Source: a bacterium
GTDB lineage: Bacteria > Patescibacteriota > Minisyncoccia > UBA6257 > UBA9933
NCBI GenBank assembly: GCA_021791445.1
Contig: JAJYWO010000010.1
Coordinates: 1,304-65,303, forward strand
Length of the DNA: 64,000 bases
Direction: 5' to 3'
A program made the translations under genes and the position numbers. Shown here piece by piece: positions 19,539 through 28,326 of this stretch (the stretch's first letter is position 1; every line of letters starts with the position of its first letter). A model generated the notes under the pieces. That model saw only the letters and a program-made list of their open reading frames with translations. It did no database searches and was not told the DNA's origin.

Positions 19539-20660
19539 TCACGATTTAATAGGCATTAAAATATAAATCCAAGATTCGTCTTGCGGCGATTTTATGAGCG
19601 CGGGCTTGCTCAAATCATTCAAACCCAAAAAAATATTTTCCGATTTTATATTTTTCAATCCGTCCAAAAGAAAACGCCAATTGAAAGAAATTTCCATTTG
19701 GTTTTCCGCCATTTTTTGAATTTTCGCCGGCACCAAATATTTATTTTCTCCGACACTTTGGCTGGCGGAAAAAATTTCAACATTTTTCGCGTCTTTATTG
19801 ATGATAATTTTTATTTCATTGAATTTGTCGCTGAAAACGCTGCTTAATTTCACGGCGTTAATCAATTCTTCGGCGTTTAAAATTATTTCATTGGCGATGT
19901 TTTTCGGAATAATTTGCTGATAATCGGGAAATTCACCGTTAATCAGCCGGGAAATTATTTCCGTATTTTCCGTTTTAAACAAAACTTGGTTTTGGTCGAT
20001 GTAAATTTTCGTTTCTTGGCTTTCATTTGATTGAATTTCTTTAATAACTTCTTGAATGGTTTTTAGGGGAATGATTACTTTGAAATTACCGTCAAAATTG
20101 GATTCAAAATGATTATTGGCGATTGTTTTTTCCGAAAGCCGAAATGTGTCGGTGGCCGCCAATTTTAATATTGTTATTTGAAAATCAAACAATATTCCGC
20201 TTAATTCCGGCCGATTGTCGGCTGTGGCGGAATTTACCGCGGAAATCAACGCGTTTTTTAATAAAGAATTTTTAATTTTAATAAATTGCTTTATATTTCC
20301 TATTTGGGGAATTATCGGGAATTCCTCTTTTTTAATCCCTTGAATCTCCGCCTGATAATTGTCGGTTTTAATTATTAATTTATCTTTTTTTAATTCCAGA
20401 TTTATTTTTTCAACTTGAAGATTATTAATAATGGAATTAAAAATATTCAACGGAATCGTAACGCTTCCATTCTCGATAATTTTACCGGAAATAAAAGTAG
20501 TGATTCCTAATTCCAGATTGGTCGCCGCCAATTTTATTTTATTATCAATGGTTTCTATTAGAAAATTTTTAAGAATCGGCAAAGATGGATTTTCCGCGCA
20601 AATTCTTTCAATCGACCGCAATCCGTCTTTTAGATTTTTTTTAAGAATAATCAGTTTCAT
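19539..20660 (-). CDS. dnaN: DNA polymerase III beta sliding clamp
   Basis: LPILKN, ATNLE, EEFP, ATDTFRL, SRLINGEFPDY, C-terminal LMPI. Confidence 0.95.
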   Translation of the reverse strand: MKLIILKKNLKDGLRSIERICAENPSLPILKNFLIETIDNKIKLAATNLELGITTFISGKIIENGSVTIPLNIFNSIINNLQVEKINLELKKDKLIIKTDNYQAEIQGIKKEEFPIIPQIGNIKQFIKIKNSLLKNALISAVNSATADNRPELSGILFDFQITILKLAATDTFRLSEKTIANNHFESNFDGNFKVIIPLKTIQEVIKEIQSNESQETKIYIDQNQVLFKTENTEIISRLINGEFPDYQQIIPKNIANEIILNAEELINAVKLSSVFSDKFNEIKIIINKDAKNVEIFSASQSVGENKYLVPAKIQKMAENQMEISFNWRFLLDGLKNIKSENIFLGLNDLSKPALIKSPQDESWIYILMPIKS

Positions 20661-20809
20661 AATAGTAATTAATATATTTAAATTAGTTGTTTTAGTAGTA
20701 TAAGCGCAATTTGGGGAAAAGTAAAAATAGTTTATATTTTTCCTTTAAATCTTTAAATATTTAAATATTTTTTATTGTTTATTATTTGTGGAAAGTCGGG
20801 GAAAACTTT
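20661..20809. other. Candidate oriC segment (dnaA-dnaN intergenic)
   Basis: Very AT-rich with degenerate DnaA boxes (TGGGGAAAA, TGTGGAAAG, CGGGGAAAA); predominant gene strand switches around dnaA. Confidence 0.5.
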
Positions 20810-22165
20810 TTAGGAATTTTCATTGATTATTTCCTTTAATAATATTATTTTTTGGTTTAATGAATGATTTTTGTTTATTTCTTTGGATATTTTTTCATAA
20901 GAATGAATTATTGTAGTGTGGTCTCTTTTTCCCAACTTTTCCCCAATGTCGGGATAAGACATCCCCAACATTTCCCTTAAAAGAAAAATCACTATTTGCC
21001 TCGGCTCCATGGCGGACTTTCTTCTTGATTGGCCGGAAATGTCGCTTATTGGAATTTCAAAATACACAGCAACGGAATTGATTATTTGGTTTGGGGTTAT
21101 TTTTCTGCCCGACTGCTGGATTACATTATTGATTATTTCTTCGGCGGTTTTGGGGTCCAGGTCGACATTTTTTACTTCTTTGTAAAAAAGTATTTTATTT
21201 AAAATACCTTCTATTTCCCTGATGTTCCTTTGGACTTTTAAGGCGATTATTTCGCAGATATTATCCGGCAAGTCGCCTTTTATTTCCGCCAATTTGGTTT
21301 TAATAATCGCCAGCCGCATTTCATAATCCGGATAGGTGATATCCGCCGCCATTCCGCCTTCAAAACGCGAACGCAATCTTTCGTGAAGCGTCGGAATCGC
21401 CGCCGGCGCCCGGTCCGAAGAAATTATTATTTGTTTGTTGTTTTCGTACAAAACATTAAAGGTATGGAAAAATTCTTCTTCGCTCCTTTCTTTGCCGCCG
21501 ATAAATTGGATATCGTCAATGATTAAAACGTCGATATTTCTGTATTTATTTTTAAGGTCCTCCATTCTTTTATTGCGGATGGCGGTTACCACTTCATTGA
21601 CGAATTTTTCCGAGTGGACGTATTTTACTTTAATTTTATTTTTATAAGTTTTTTTAATTTCATTTCCTACTCCTTGGATCATATGAGTTTTTCCCAAACC
21701 CGTGCCGCCGTAAATAAAAAACGGGTTGTATTTTTTTCCGATGTTTTTAATCACCGCCAAACTGGCGGCGTAAGCCAATTCATTGGACGAACCGACGATG
21801 AAAGAATCTAATTTATATCGCGGATGCAGTCCGGACTCCGGATCAATTTTTAATTCGGGGATGGTCGGCTGCTTGATTTCAAAACCGTCGGCGACATTAT
21901 TAAACAGCGACACTTTGTTTTCAATAACCGTGTATTCTATTTTTTTAATGGTGTCATCGTAATTTTTTAAAATTTCAAAAATAACCTTGTGGTATTTGTT
22001 TTTTACCCATTCTTTGGAAAAATTATTGGCCAAGCCGATGATTATTTCGCCATCTTTCTTTTTTTCAACTAAAGAACTGTTTTTAAACCAGGTTAGAAAA
22101 TTAGGCCTTGAAATTTGAAGTTCTATTTCCGATAAAGTTGTTTGCCAAAGTTGATTGAGGTCCAT
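20810..22165 (-). CDS. dnaA: Chromosomal replication initiator DnaA
   Basis: YNPFFIYGGTGLGKTH, LIIDDIQF, EEFFHTFN, RLRSRF, NIREIEG, RDHTTIIH. Confidence 0.97.
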   Translation of the reverse strand: MDLNQLWQTTLSEIELQISRPNFLTWFKNSSLVEKKKDGEIIIGLANNFSKEWVKNKYHKVIFEILKNYDDTIKKIEYTVIENKVSLFNNVADGFEIKQPTIPELKIDPESGLHPRYKLDSFIVGSSNELAYAASLAVIKNIGKKYNPFFIYGGTGLGKTHMIQGVGNEIKKTYKNKIKVKYVHSEKFVNEVVTAIRNKRMEDLKNKYRNIDVLIIDDIQFIGGKERSEEEFFHTFNVLYENNKQIIISSDRAPAAIPTLHERLRSRFEGGMAADITYPDYEMRLAIIKTKLAEIKGDLPDNICEIIALKVQRNIREIEGILNKILFYKEVKNVDLDPKTAEEIINNVIQQSGRKITPNQIINSVAVYFEIPISDISGQSRRKSAMEPRQIVIFLLREMLGMSYPDIGEKLGKRDHTTIIHSYEKISKEINKNHSLNQKIILLKEIINENS

Positions 22166-22222
22166 TATCAACTTATTTTATGGAGGGTTGTTTTAATGTC
22201 AAACAGCGAATTTTTAACATTA

Positions 22223-22242
22223 TGTGGATTGCCTGTGGAAAA
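22223..22242. promoter_or_regulatory. DnaA boxes upstream of dnaA
   Basis: TGTGGATTG (22223) and consensus TGTGGAAAA (22234) in tandem. Confidence 0.6.
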
Positions 22243-22263
22243 CTATTTCTATATAATAAGAGT

Positions 22264-23979
22264 GTGAAAACATTAGCCGACATAAAAAGTCAGTTGACCA
22301 AAGCGCGGCGCGAGGCCGAAGAGCGCGACGCCAAGCGCGTGGCGGAAAAAAACAATCTTCCTTACGCGGATATGTCCGCGAAGCCGGTGAGCGTTGAAGC
22401 GCTTAATTTGATTCCTGAAGAAATCGCGAAAAAAAACAAAATCGCGGTCATTGAGGCTCTTAAAGGTAAAGCGGCGATAGTTGTTTGCGATCCTAACAGC
22501 GAGGGCGTGAAACAAATTCTCAAAGAAATTGAATTAAAAGGTTATAAGCCGGCGATTTTTGTGGTTTCAGAATATAGTTTCAATCGCGTTTTGAATTTTT
22601 ATAAATTTGTTTCCCAAAAACAGGAAAAAATATCCGGAAAAATTGAAACAGGAAAAGAAATGGGTTTAAATTCTTTGAAAAAAATCGAAGAAGCGCTGAA
22701 AACAATTCCTTTTAACACTTTAAATGTCGGAAAAATTTTTGAAATTGTTTTAAACGGCGCGCTGGCGAACAGGGCGTCGGATATTCACTTTGAACCTGAA
22801 GAAAAAATTGTGAAATTAAGATTAAGAATTGACGGAGCGCTTCATGATGTTTTGAACGACATTAACAAAGAATTTTATTCAGCCTTGCTTTCGCGGATAA
22901 AATTGCTGTCCAATTTAAAAATCAATGTCCGCGATGAAGCTCAAGACGGCAGGTTCACAATAAAATCAGTCAGTAAGGAAATAGAAGTGAGAGTGGCGAT
23001 CGCGCCTTCGGAGTTTGGCGAAGTGGCGGTTATGAGAATTCTTGATCCGGATGCCATCAGTTTGTCTTTATCCGATTTGGGGCTGCGCGACGACGATTTA
23101 AAAATAATCGAAGCGGAGTTGAAAAGGCCCAACGGAATGATTCTCAATACCGGTCCGACCGGCTCCGGAAAAACGACAACGCTTTACGCTTTTTTAAAAC
23201 ACAAGAAAAATCCGGAAATAAAAATAATCACCATTGAAGACCCGATTGAATATCATTTAGAGGGCATTGAACAGACGCAAGTTGACGAGGAGGCGGGTTA
23301 TACTTTTGCCAACGGGCTGCGTTCATTGATGCGGCAGGACCCGGATATTATTCTGGTCGGTGAAATGCGCGACAAGGAAACTTCGGAAATCGGCATTCAA
23401 GCGGCTTTAACCGGCCATTTGGTTTTTTCCACGATTCACGCCAATTCCGCGGCCGCGGCCATCCCCCGGCTTTTGGACTTGGGAGTAAAGCCGACCAGCA
23501 TCGGTCCGGCGTTAAATCTGGTGATTGCCCAAAGGCTGGTGCGCCGGCTTTGCCAAAATTGCAAAGCTTCGGCGGAAATTTCCGGAGATTTGCGGATAAA
23601 AATAGAAAAGTTTTTAAGCGATTTGCCGACAAGAGTTAATAAAGGGAATTATAAAGATATTAAAATTTTCAGTCCGTCGGAGAACGGCTGCGAAAAATGC
23701 AACAACTCTAAATATAAGGGCAGGGTGGCGATTTACGAACTGCTTTTAAACGACCCGGAATACGAAAAAATTATGGCTGGCGAAAAAGCGGAAGAATTGT
23801 CCTCGCATAAAGAATTGGAAGAATTGATTTTACAGCAAGCCGGCGAAACCGCCATTAAAAAATTCAGCCAAGAACAAGGAATGGTGACTATGCAAGAGGA
23901 CGGAATTTTAAAAGTGATTTCCGGGATGACGACATTTGAGGAAGTGGAATCAATGACAGGATCAATAATTTGGAAATAA
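22264..23979 (+). CDS. pilB: Type IV pilus/T2SS assembly ATPase (PilB/GspE family)
   Basis: ASDIHFEP, QDGR, GPTGSGKTTTLY, TIEDPIEY, RQDPDIILVGEMRD, TGHLVFSTIH, CxxC..CxxC; likely GTG start at 22264. Confidence 0.9.
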   Translation: MKTLADIKSQLTKARREAEERDAKRVAEKNNLPYADMSAKPVSVEALNLIPEEIAKKNKIAVIEALKGKAAIVVCDPNSEGVKQILKEIELKGYKPAIFVVSEYSFNRVLNFYKFVSQKQEKISGKIETGKEMGLNSLKKIEEALKTIPFNTLNVGKIFEIVLNGALANRASDIHFEPEEKIVKLRLRIDGALHDVLNDINKEFYSALLSRIKLLSNLKINVRDEAQDGRFTIKSVSKEIEVRVAIAPSEFGEVAVMRILDPDAISLSLSDLGLRDDDLKIIEAELKRPNGMILNTGPTGSGKTTTLYAFLKHKKNPEIKIITIEDPIEYHLEGIEQTQVDEEAGYTFANGLRSLMRQDPDIILVGEMRDKETSEIGIQAALTGHLVFSTIHANSAAAAIPRLLDLGVKPTSIGPALNLVIAQRLVRRLCQNCKASAEISGDLRIKIEKFLSDLPTRVNKGNYKDIKIFSPSENGCEKCNNSKYKGRVAIYELLLNDPEYEKIMAGEKAEELSSHKELEELILQQAGETAIKKFSQEQGMVTMQEDGILKVISGMTTFEEVESMTGSIIWK

Positions 23980-24128
23980 AAAAACCGCTTGGTTCTGTGG
24001 GCACTATTTAAAACTCATACCGAAGGTAAAGAGATTAGAATTGTTTCGAGGATGGGTTCAGCCGAAACCGAACCGTCCGAAACTAAAAACAATTCCTTCT
24101 TTGCCCACAGGACCAAACGGCCTTAATT
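23978..24128 (-). ncRNA. Candidate rod-shaped ncRNA of about 145 nt (6S-like architecture)
   Basis: 19-bp closing stem 23985-24003 / 24102-24120, asymmetric internal loop, second long stem; minus-strand TGCTATGTT upstream and T tract downstream. Confidence 0.5.
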
Positions 24129-24147
24129 TAAAATCAACATAGCATAT

Positions 24148-25137
24148 ATGCCAAAAAAAGTCAAGACTTCTAAAAATATTATCAAGGATGACCAGTTTAT
24201 TGATTCTTTTTTGCGTCCGAAGACGTTCAACGATTATATTGGACAGGGAAAAATAAAAAAAGGGCTGGAAATAATCCTGAAAGCCGCTCAAAAAAGGAGG
24301 GAATCCATAGACCATCTGCTTTTTTACGGCCAACCCGGATTGGGTAAAACAACCTTGGCAACGCTTGTTGCCGGCGAAACAGGCGCGAATTTAAGGATTG
24401 TTTCCGCGCCGAGCTTAAATCGGACGGGCGATTTGGCCGCTCTACTTACCAATCTTGAAGAACGCGATGTCCTTTTTATTGACGAAGCGCATCGGCTTAA
24501 TCCGGCGGTGGAAGAGGTTTTCTATTCCGCCATGGACAGCGGCAGATTAAATATAACAATCGGCAAAGGTCCGTCAAGTCGGATTATCCCCATAGATTTG
24601 CCGCCGTTCACTTTAATCGCCGCCACCACCAGAATCAATCTGATTTCTTCGCCTTTGCGCTCCCGTTTTGGCGCGATTTTCCGATTGGATTATTATAATA
24701 ATGAAGAAATTAACACAATCATAGAGCGGTCGGCGGATATTTTGAAAATCAAAATCGCTTTGGATGCGGTTTCAACAATCGCCAAAGCGTCGCGCTTCAC
24801 TCCGCGCTTGGCGAACAGATTGCTTAAGCGCTCAAGAGATATCGCCGAAGTCAATGATATAAGAGTTATTAAAAGGGAAATCGTTTTGGAGGCGTTTGAT
24901 ATGTTGGGAATTGACGAAATGGGATTGGAAATTCACGACCGCCGTTTATTGGAAATTATGATTGAAAAATTCGGCAACCGGCCCGTCGGCATAAATTCTT
25001 TAGCAGCCAGTTTGGGCGAAGATAAAGACACGATCGAAGAAATTTACGAGCCGTATCTTTTAAAAATCGGATTCATTCAGCGCACTCCGTCAGGCAGAAT
25101 CGCCACTTCCGAGGCCAAAAAATGGTTGGGGTATTAA
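24148..25137 (+). CDS. ruvB: Holliday junction branch migration helicase RuvB
   Basis: LRPKTFNDYIGQ, GQPGLGKTTLA, LFIDEAHRL, FTLIAATTR, EPYLL, RTPSGR. Confidence 0.95.
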   Translation: MPKKVKTSKNIIKDDQFIDSFLRPKTFNDYIGQGKIKKGLEIILKAAQKRRESIDHLLFYGQPGLGKTTLATLVAGETGANLRIVSAPSLNRTGDLAALLTNLEERDVLFIDEAHRLNPAVEEVFYSAMDSGRLNITIGKGPSSRIIPIDLPPFTLIAATTRINLISSPLRSRFGAIFRLDYYNNEEINTIIERSADILKIKIALDAVSTIAKASRFTPRLANRLLKRSRDIAEVNDIRVIKREIVLEAFDMLGIDEMGLEIHDRRLLEIMIEKFGNRPVGINSLAASLGEDKDTIEEIYEPYLLKIGFIQRTPSGRIATSEAKKWLGY

Positions 25138-25217
25138 ATTTATTTAAAAATAAAAAACGCGGGTGGCGTTTTTTATTTTTTGCTTTTCTGCGGAGAATTG
25201 TGATAAAATGTTTTTAA

Positions 25218-25556
25218 ATGGAAAATAATTCTCAAAAACCGGATATTGAAATTAGGACAATGAAATCTGACATTGAGGCGATGAAAGCCGGCGGCGGAGA
25301 CGCGACCGGAACGCAATTCGTGAAATTGGCGGAAGACAAAATTCCGAAAACTCCGGAAGAAATAAAAATCAGCATCAAAGCGCCGGGATACGCCGGAGAA
25401 GAAAAAGGAATTTTTTCAGCGTCCGGAGAAATAAAAGCCGTACAAGCCGCGTCCTCAAAAATTCCTTTTAAAACAATCGCCATTGTTTTGATTTCCATTT
25501 TAGCGGTTGCGGGCCTGGGATATTTGGCGTATAATGTAGCATTAAAATTATTATGA
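25218..25556 (+). CDS. Hypothetical C-terminally anchored membrane protein
   Basis: IRTMKSD motif and a C-terminal TM helix. Confidence 0.7.
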   Translation: MENNSQKPDIEIRTMKSDIEAMKAGGGDATGTQFVKLAEDKIPKTPEEIKISIKAPGYAGEEKGIFSASGEIKAVQAASSKIPFKTIAIVLISILAVAGLGYLAYNVALKLL

Positions 25557-25870
25557 ATAAATTCCAACATCAACTTGAAAAAGAAAAAAAGGAAATTCTG
25601 GAAGAATTGAAAAAACACGAAGGAATCACGGATTTCGGCAGCGATGTTGACCCGGATGAGGAAACCAGCGAATCGGAAGAATATGAAAATGAAATGTCCG
25701 TAAAGCAGGCGCTAAAAGAACGTTTGTCCGACATTGAGACCGCCTTGAAAAAAATCAATAATGGGAATTACGGAATTTGCGAGAATTGCAAAGGGGAAAT
25801 ATCCGAAAATGTTCTTGAAATAAATCCGGAATCAAGATTGTGCAAGAAATGTAAAGCGACAGTAAAATAA
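25553..25870 (+). CDS. DksA/TraR C4-type zinc finger protein
   Basis: Acidic coiled coil, ALKKINNGNYGICENC...NPESRLCKKC. Confidence 0.88.
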   Translation: MNKFQHQLEKEKKEILEELKKHEGITDFGSDVDPDEETSESEEYENEMSVKQALKERLSDIETALKKINNGNYGICENCKGEISENVLEINPESRLCKKCKATVK

Positions 25871-25971
25871 TTTCAAATTTTGAATTTTAATTAAATTTTA
25901 ATTGATTGAATTTTAAATTAAAATTAAGTCATTAAGTCATTTATTTAAAATTAGAAATTTAAAATTTTATT

Positions 25972-27528
25972 ATGGCTAAAAATTTCTCCAAAGTTTTTTC
26001 CGCGGAACTTGAAGGGATTGACGCCAAGCTTATTGAAGTGGAAACCGACATTAACGTCGGTCTTCATTCGTTTAACATCGTCGGCTTGGCGGATAAAGCG
26101 CTGAAAGAAGCCAAAGAGCGGGTGAGCTCGGCTTTGAAAAATTCCGGAATTAAGCCGCCGACGAAAGAAAACAGGAAAATTACCGTCAATCTCGCGCCCG
26201 CGGATATTAAAAAAACCGGTTCGCAATACGATTTGGCGATTGCCGCCGGTTATTTGTTGGCGACCAAACAAATCAAGCCGTTTGAAACCAAAGATAAAAT
26301 TTTCGTGGGCGAACTTTCTTTGGACGGAGAATTGCGGCCGATTTCCGGGAGTTTGAGCATTAGCCGTTTGGCGAAAAAGTTGGGATTCAAATTTTTATTT
26401 TTGCCGAAAGAAAACGCGGCCGAAGCCGCGATTATCAAGGGGGTGGGCGCGGTTCCGGTTTCAAATTTAACTGAACTTATCGATTATCTTGAAGGCAGGA
26501 AAGAAATAGTTTCCCAAAAGCCATTGAAAATCGGATTAGGGCGAGAAGAAAAATCAACGATAAATATCAGCGACATTAAAGGCCAAGAAAGCGCCAAACG
26601 CGCTTTAGCGGTTGCCGCGGCCGGAGGCCATAATATTTTAATGTTCGGGCCGCCCGGAGCCGGCAAAACAATGCTCGCCCAGGCTTTGGTTTCCATATTG
26701 CCGGAACCGTCGCTTGATGAAATTATTGAAACAACGCAGATTTACAGCGCCGCCGGCGCTTTGGCCAATCTGCCGTTTGTGAATTTCCGGCCATTTCGGG
26801 CGCCGCATCATTCAGCTTCAATGGTTTCAGTTATTGGCGGCGGCACGAATCTTAAACCCGGGGAAATAAGCTTGGCGCATCGCGGTGTTTTGTTTCTTGA
26901 TGAAATTCCGGAATTTCGGCGCGATCTTTTGGAATCTTTGCGCCAACCATTGGAAAGCGGCAGCGTTTGTATTTCCCGCGCCAAAGGTTCGTTGGATTTT
27001 CCCGCAAGGTTTTCTTTAGTGGCGGCGATGAATCCCTGCCCTTGCGGATATTTCGGAGTGGAAACTCCGGAAAAAGAATGCCGTTGCACCGCCAACGAAG
27101 TTTTTCGTTACCAGAAAAAAATTTCCGGTCCGCTTTTGGACAGAATTGACATTCAAATTGAAGTGCCGCGTTTGAAAATAGAAGAATTAAGAAGTGAAGT
27201 TTCGGCCAAAGAAAGCGATAAAAGCGAAAAAATAAAAGAAGCGGTTTTAAAAGCGCGCGAAATTCAAAAAGAGCGTTTTGCGAAAATCAGGCCGAAAATT
27301 TATTTGAATTCCGAAATGAGTTCAAAAATGGTTGACGCAATGATTGATATCGCCGCCGACGCGGAATCTTTTTTGAAAAATATGATGGAAAAGTCTTTTA
27401 TTTCCGCCAGAGGGTATTATCGGGTTTTGAAAATCGCCAGAACAATCGCGGACTTGGAAAATTTTAAAAATGTTCGCAGCCATCATTTGGCGGAAGCGTT
27501 TCAATACAGAGTAAGAGAGAAAGAGTAG
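25972..27528 (+). CDS. comM: ComM/YifB Mg-chelatase-like AAA+ ATPase
   Basis: ITVNLAPADIKK, GPPGAGKTMLA, PFRAPHH, PGEISLAHRGVLFLDE, ISGPLLDRID. Confidence 0.93.
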   Translation: MAKNFSKVFSAELEGIDAKLIEVETDINVGLHSFNIVGLADKALKEAKERVSSALKNSGIKPPTKENRKITVNLAPADIKKTGSQYDLAIAAGYLLATKQIKPFETKDKIFVGELSLDGELRPISGSLSISRLAKKLGFKFLFLPKENAAEAAIIKGVGAVPVSNLTELIDYLEGRKEIVSQKPLKIGLGREEKSTINISDIKGQESAKRALAVAAAGGHNILMFGPPGAGKTMLAQALVSILPEPSLDEIIETTQIYSAAGALANLPFVNFRPFRAPHHSASMVSVIGGGTNLKPGEISLAHRGVLFLDEIPEFRRDLLESLRQPLESGSVCISRAKGSLDFPARFSLVAAMNPCPCGYFGVETPEKECRCTANEVFRYQKKISGPLLDRIDIQIEVPRLKIEELRSEVSAKESDKSEKIKEAVLKAREIQKERFAKIRPKIYLNSEMSSKMVDAMIDIAADAESFLKNMMEKSFISARGYYRVLKIARTIADLENFKNVRSHHLAEAFQYRVREKE

Positions 27529-27532
27529 GTTG

Positions 27533-27624
27533 GCGATTGAAAAATTATTTCTTTAACCCGCTCACGCTTCGCCTACGGCGGGACTGCGCTTCCGTTAAGG
27601 TTTCAGAAATAATTTTTCAATCGC
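27533..27624. repeat. 92-bp palindromic element, copy 2
   Basis: Arms GCGATTGAAAAATTATTTCT/AGAAATAATTTTTCAATCGC; core matches 3437-3528 in reverse orientation. Confidence 0.85.
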
Positions 27625-27629
27625 TTTAT

Positions 27630-28316
27630 TTAGTTGGCCAAAGGGTTTTCCGCGCCGTGGATTTCAAAATGGAGGTGGCAGCCGGTCGGGCCGTAGGTGT
27701 TGCCGGTGCTGCCCATATAGCCGATAAGTTCTTTTTCTTTGACGTACTGGCCGATTTGCGCTTCGGCTTTTTCAAGGTGCGCGTAAAGGGTTTCAATACT
27801 GTTGGGATGTTCTATGGTAATGGAATTGCCATAGCCATTATTCCAGCTGTCATCATTTACAGCTTCAATGATTATGCCTTCTCTTGCCGCGTAAATCGGC
27901 GTGCCGCAGCGGTTGGCGATGTCAACAGCATTGAAAGCGTGCAGTTGTCCCCAATTCCAGCCGATGGTTGGCGGGGAAATCCTAAATTGACTCGGTTTTT
28001 TCTTTGATTTTTGGCTGATTGGGGAGTTGGCGGGATTAAGGCTGTCGGAAAGGATGTTTTGCGCCGGCTCTTCCGGAATTTCTTGGGCCATGGCGGCTGT
28101 TGCCAAAAGAGAATCCTGGCGAAGGCGCTGGTATTCCTCGCTCGGTCCGCCAAGGGTGTTTTGAGGGCTGGAAAAGGCTAAATCGCCTTTATTTAAAGCG
28201 AAATTTCCAATAATAACCGCTAAAATTAAAACTCCCCACCAGGCAGTGAGGCAGTGAATTTTGCGGAAAACTTGTTCGCCGACTGGCGAATTTGACCAAT
28301 ATTTGATTTTATCCAA
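27630..28316 (-). CDS. M23 family peptidoglycan metallopeptidase
   Basis: HxxxxD-like LHAFNAVD, GTPIYAA, GYGN, TLYAHL, MGSTG, HLHFE; likely TTG start at 28316 because the longer ORF overlaps uvrD. Confidence 0.85.
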   Translation of the reverse strand: MDKIKYWSNSPVGEQVFRKIHCLTAWWGVLILAVIIGNFALNKGDLAFSSPQNTLGGPSEEYQRLRQDSLLATAAMAQEIPEEPAQNILSDSLNPANSPISQKSKKKPSQFRISPPTIGWNWGQLHAFNAVDIANRCGTPIYAAREGIIIEAVNDDSWNNGYGNSITIEHPNSIETLYAHLEKAEAQIGQYVKEKELIGYMGSTGNTYGPTGCHLHFEIHGAENPLAN

Positions 28317-28326
28317 TACTGTACTA

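Noticed and set aside
27537-28007. 156-aa plus-strand ORF
   Set aside because: Starts inside the 92-bp repeat and is antisense to the M23 peptidase
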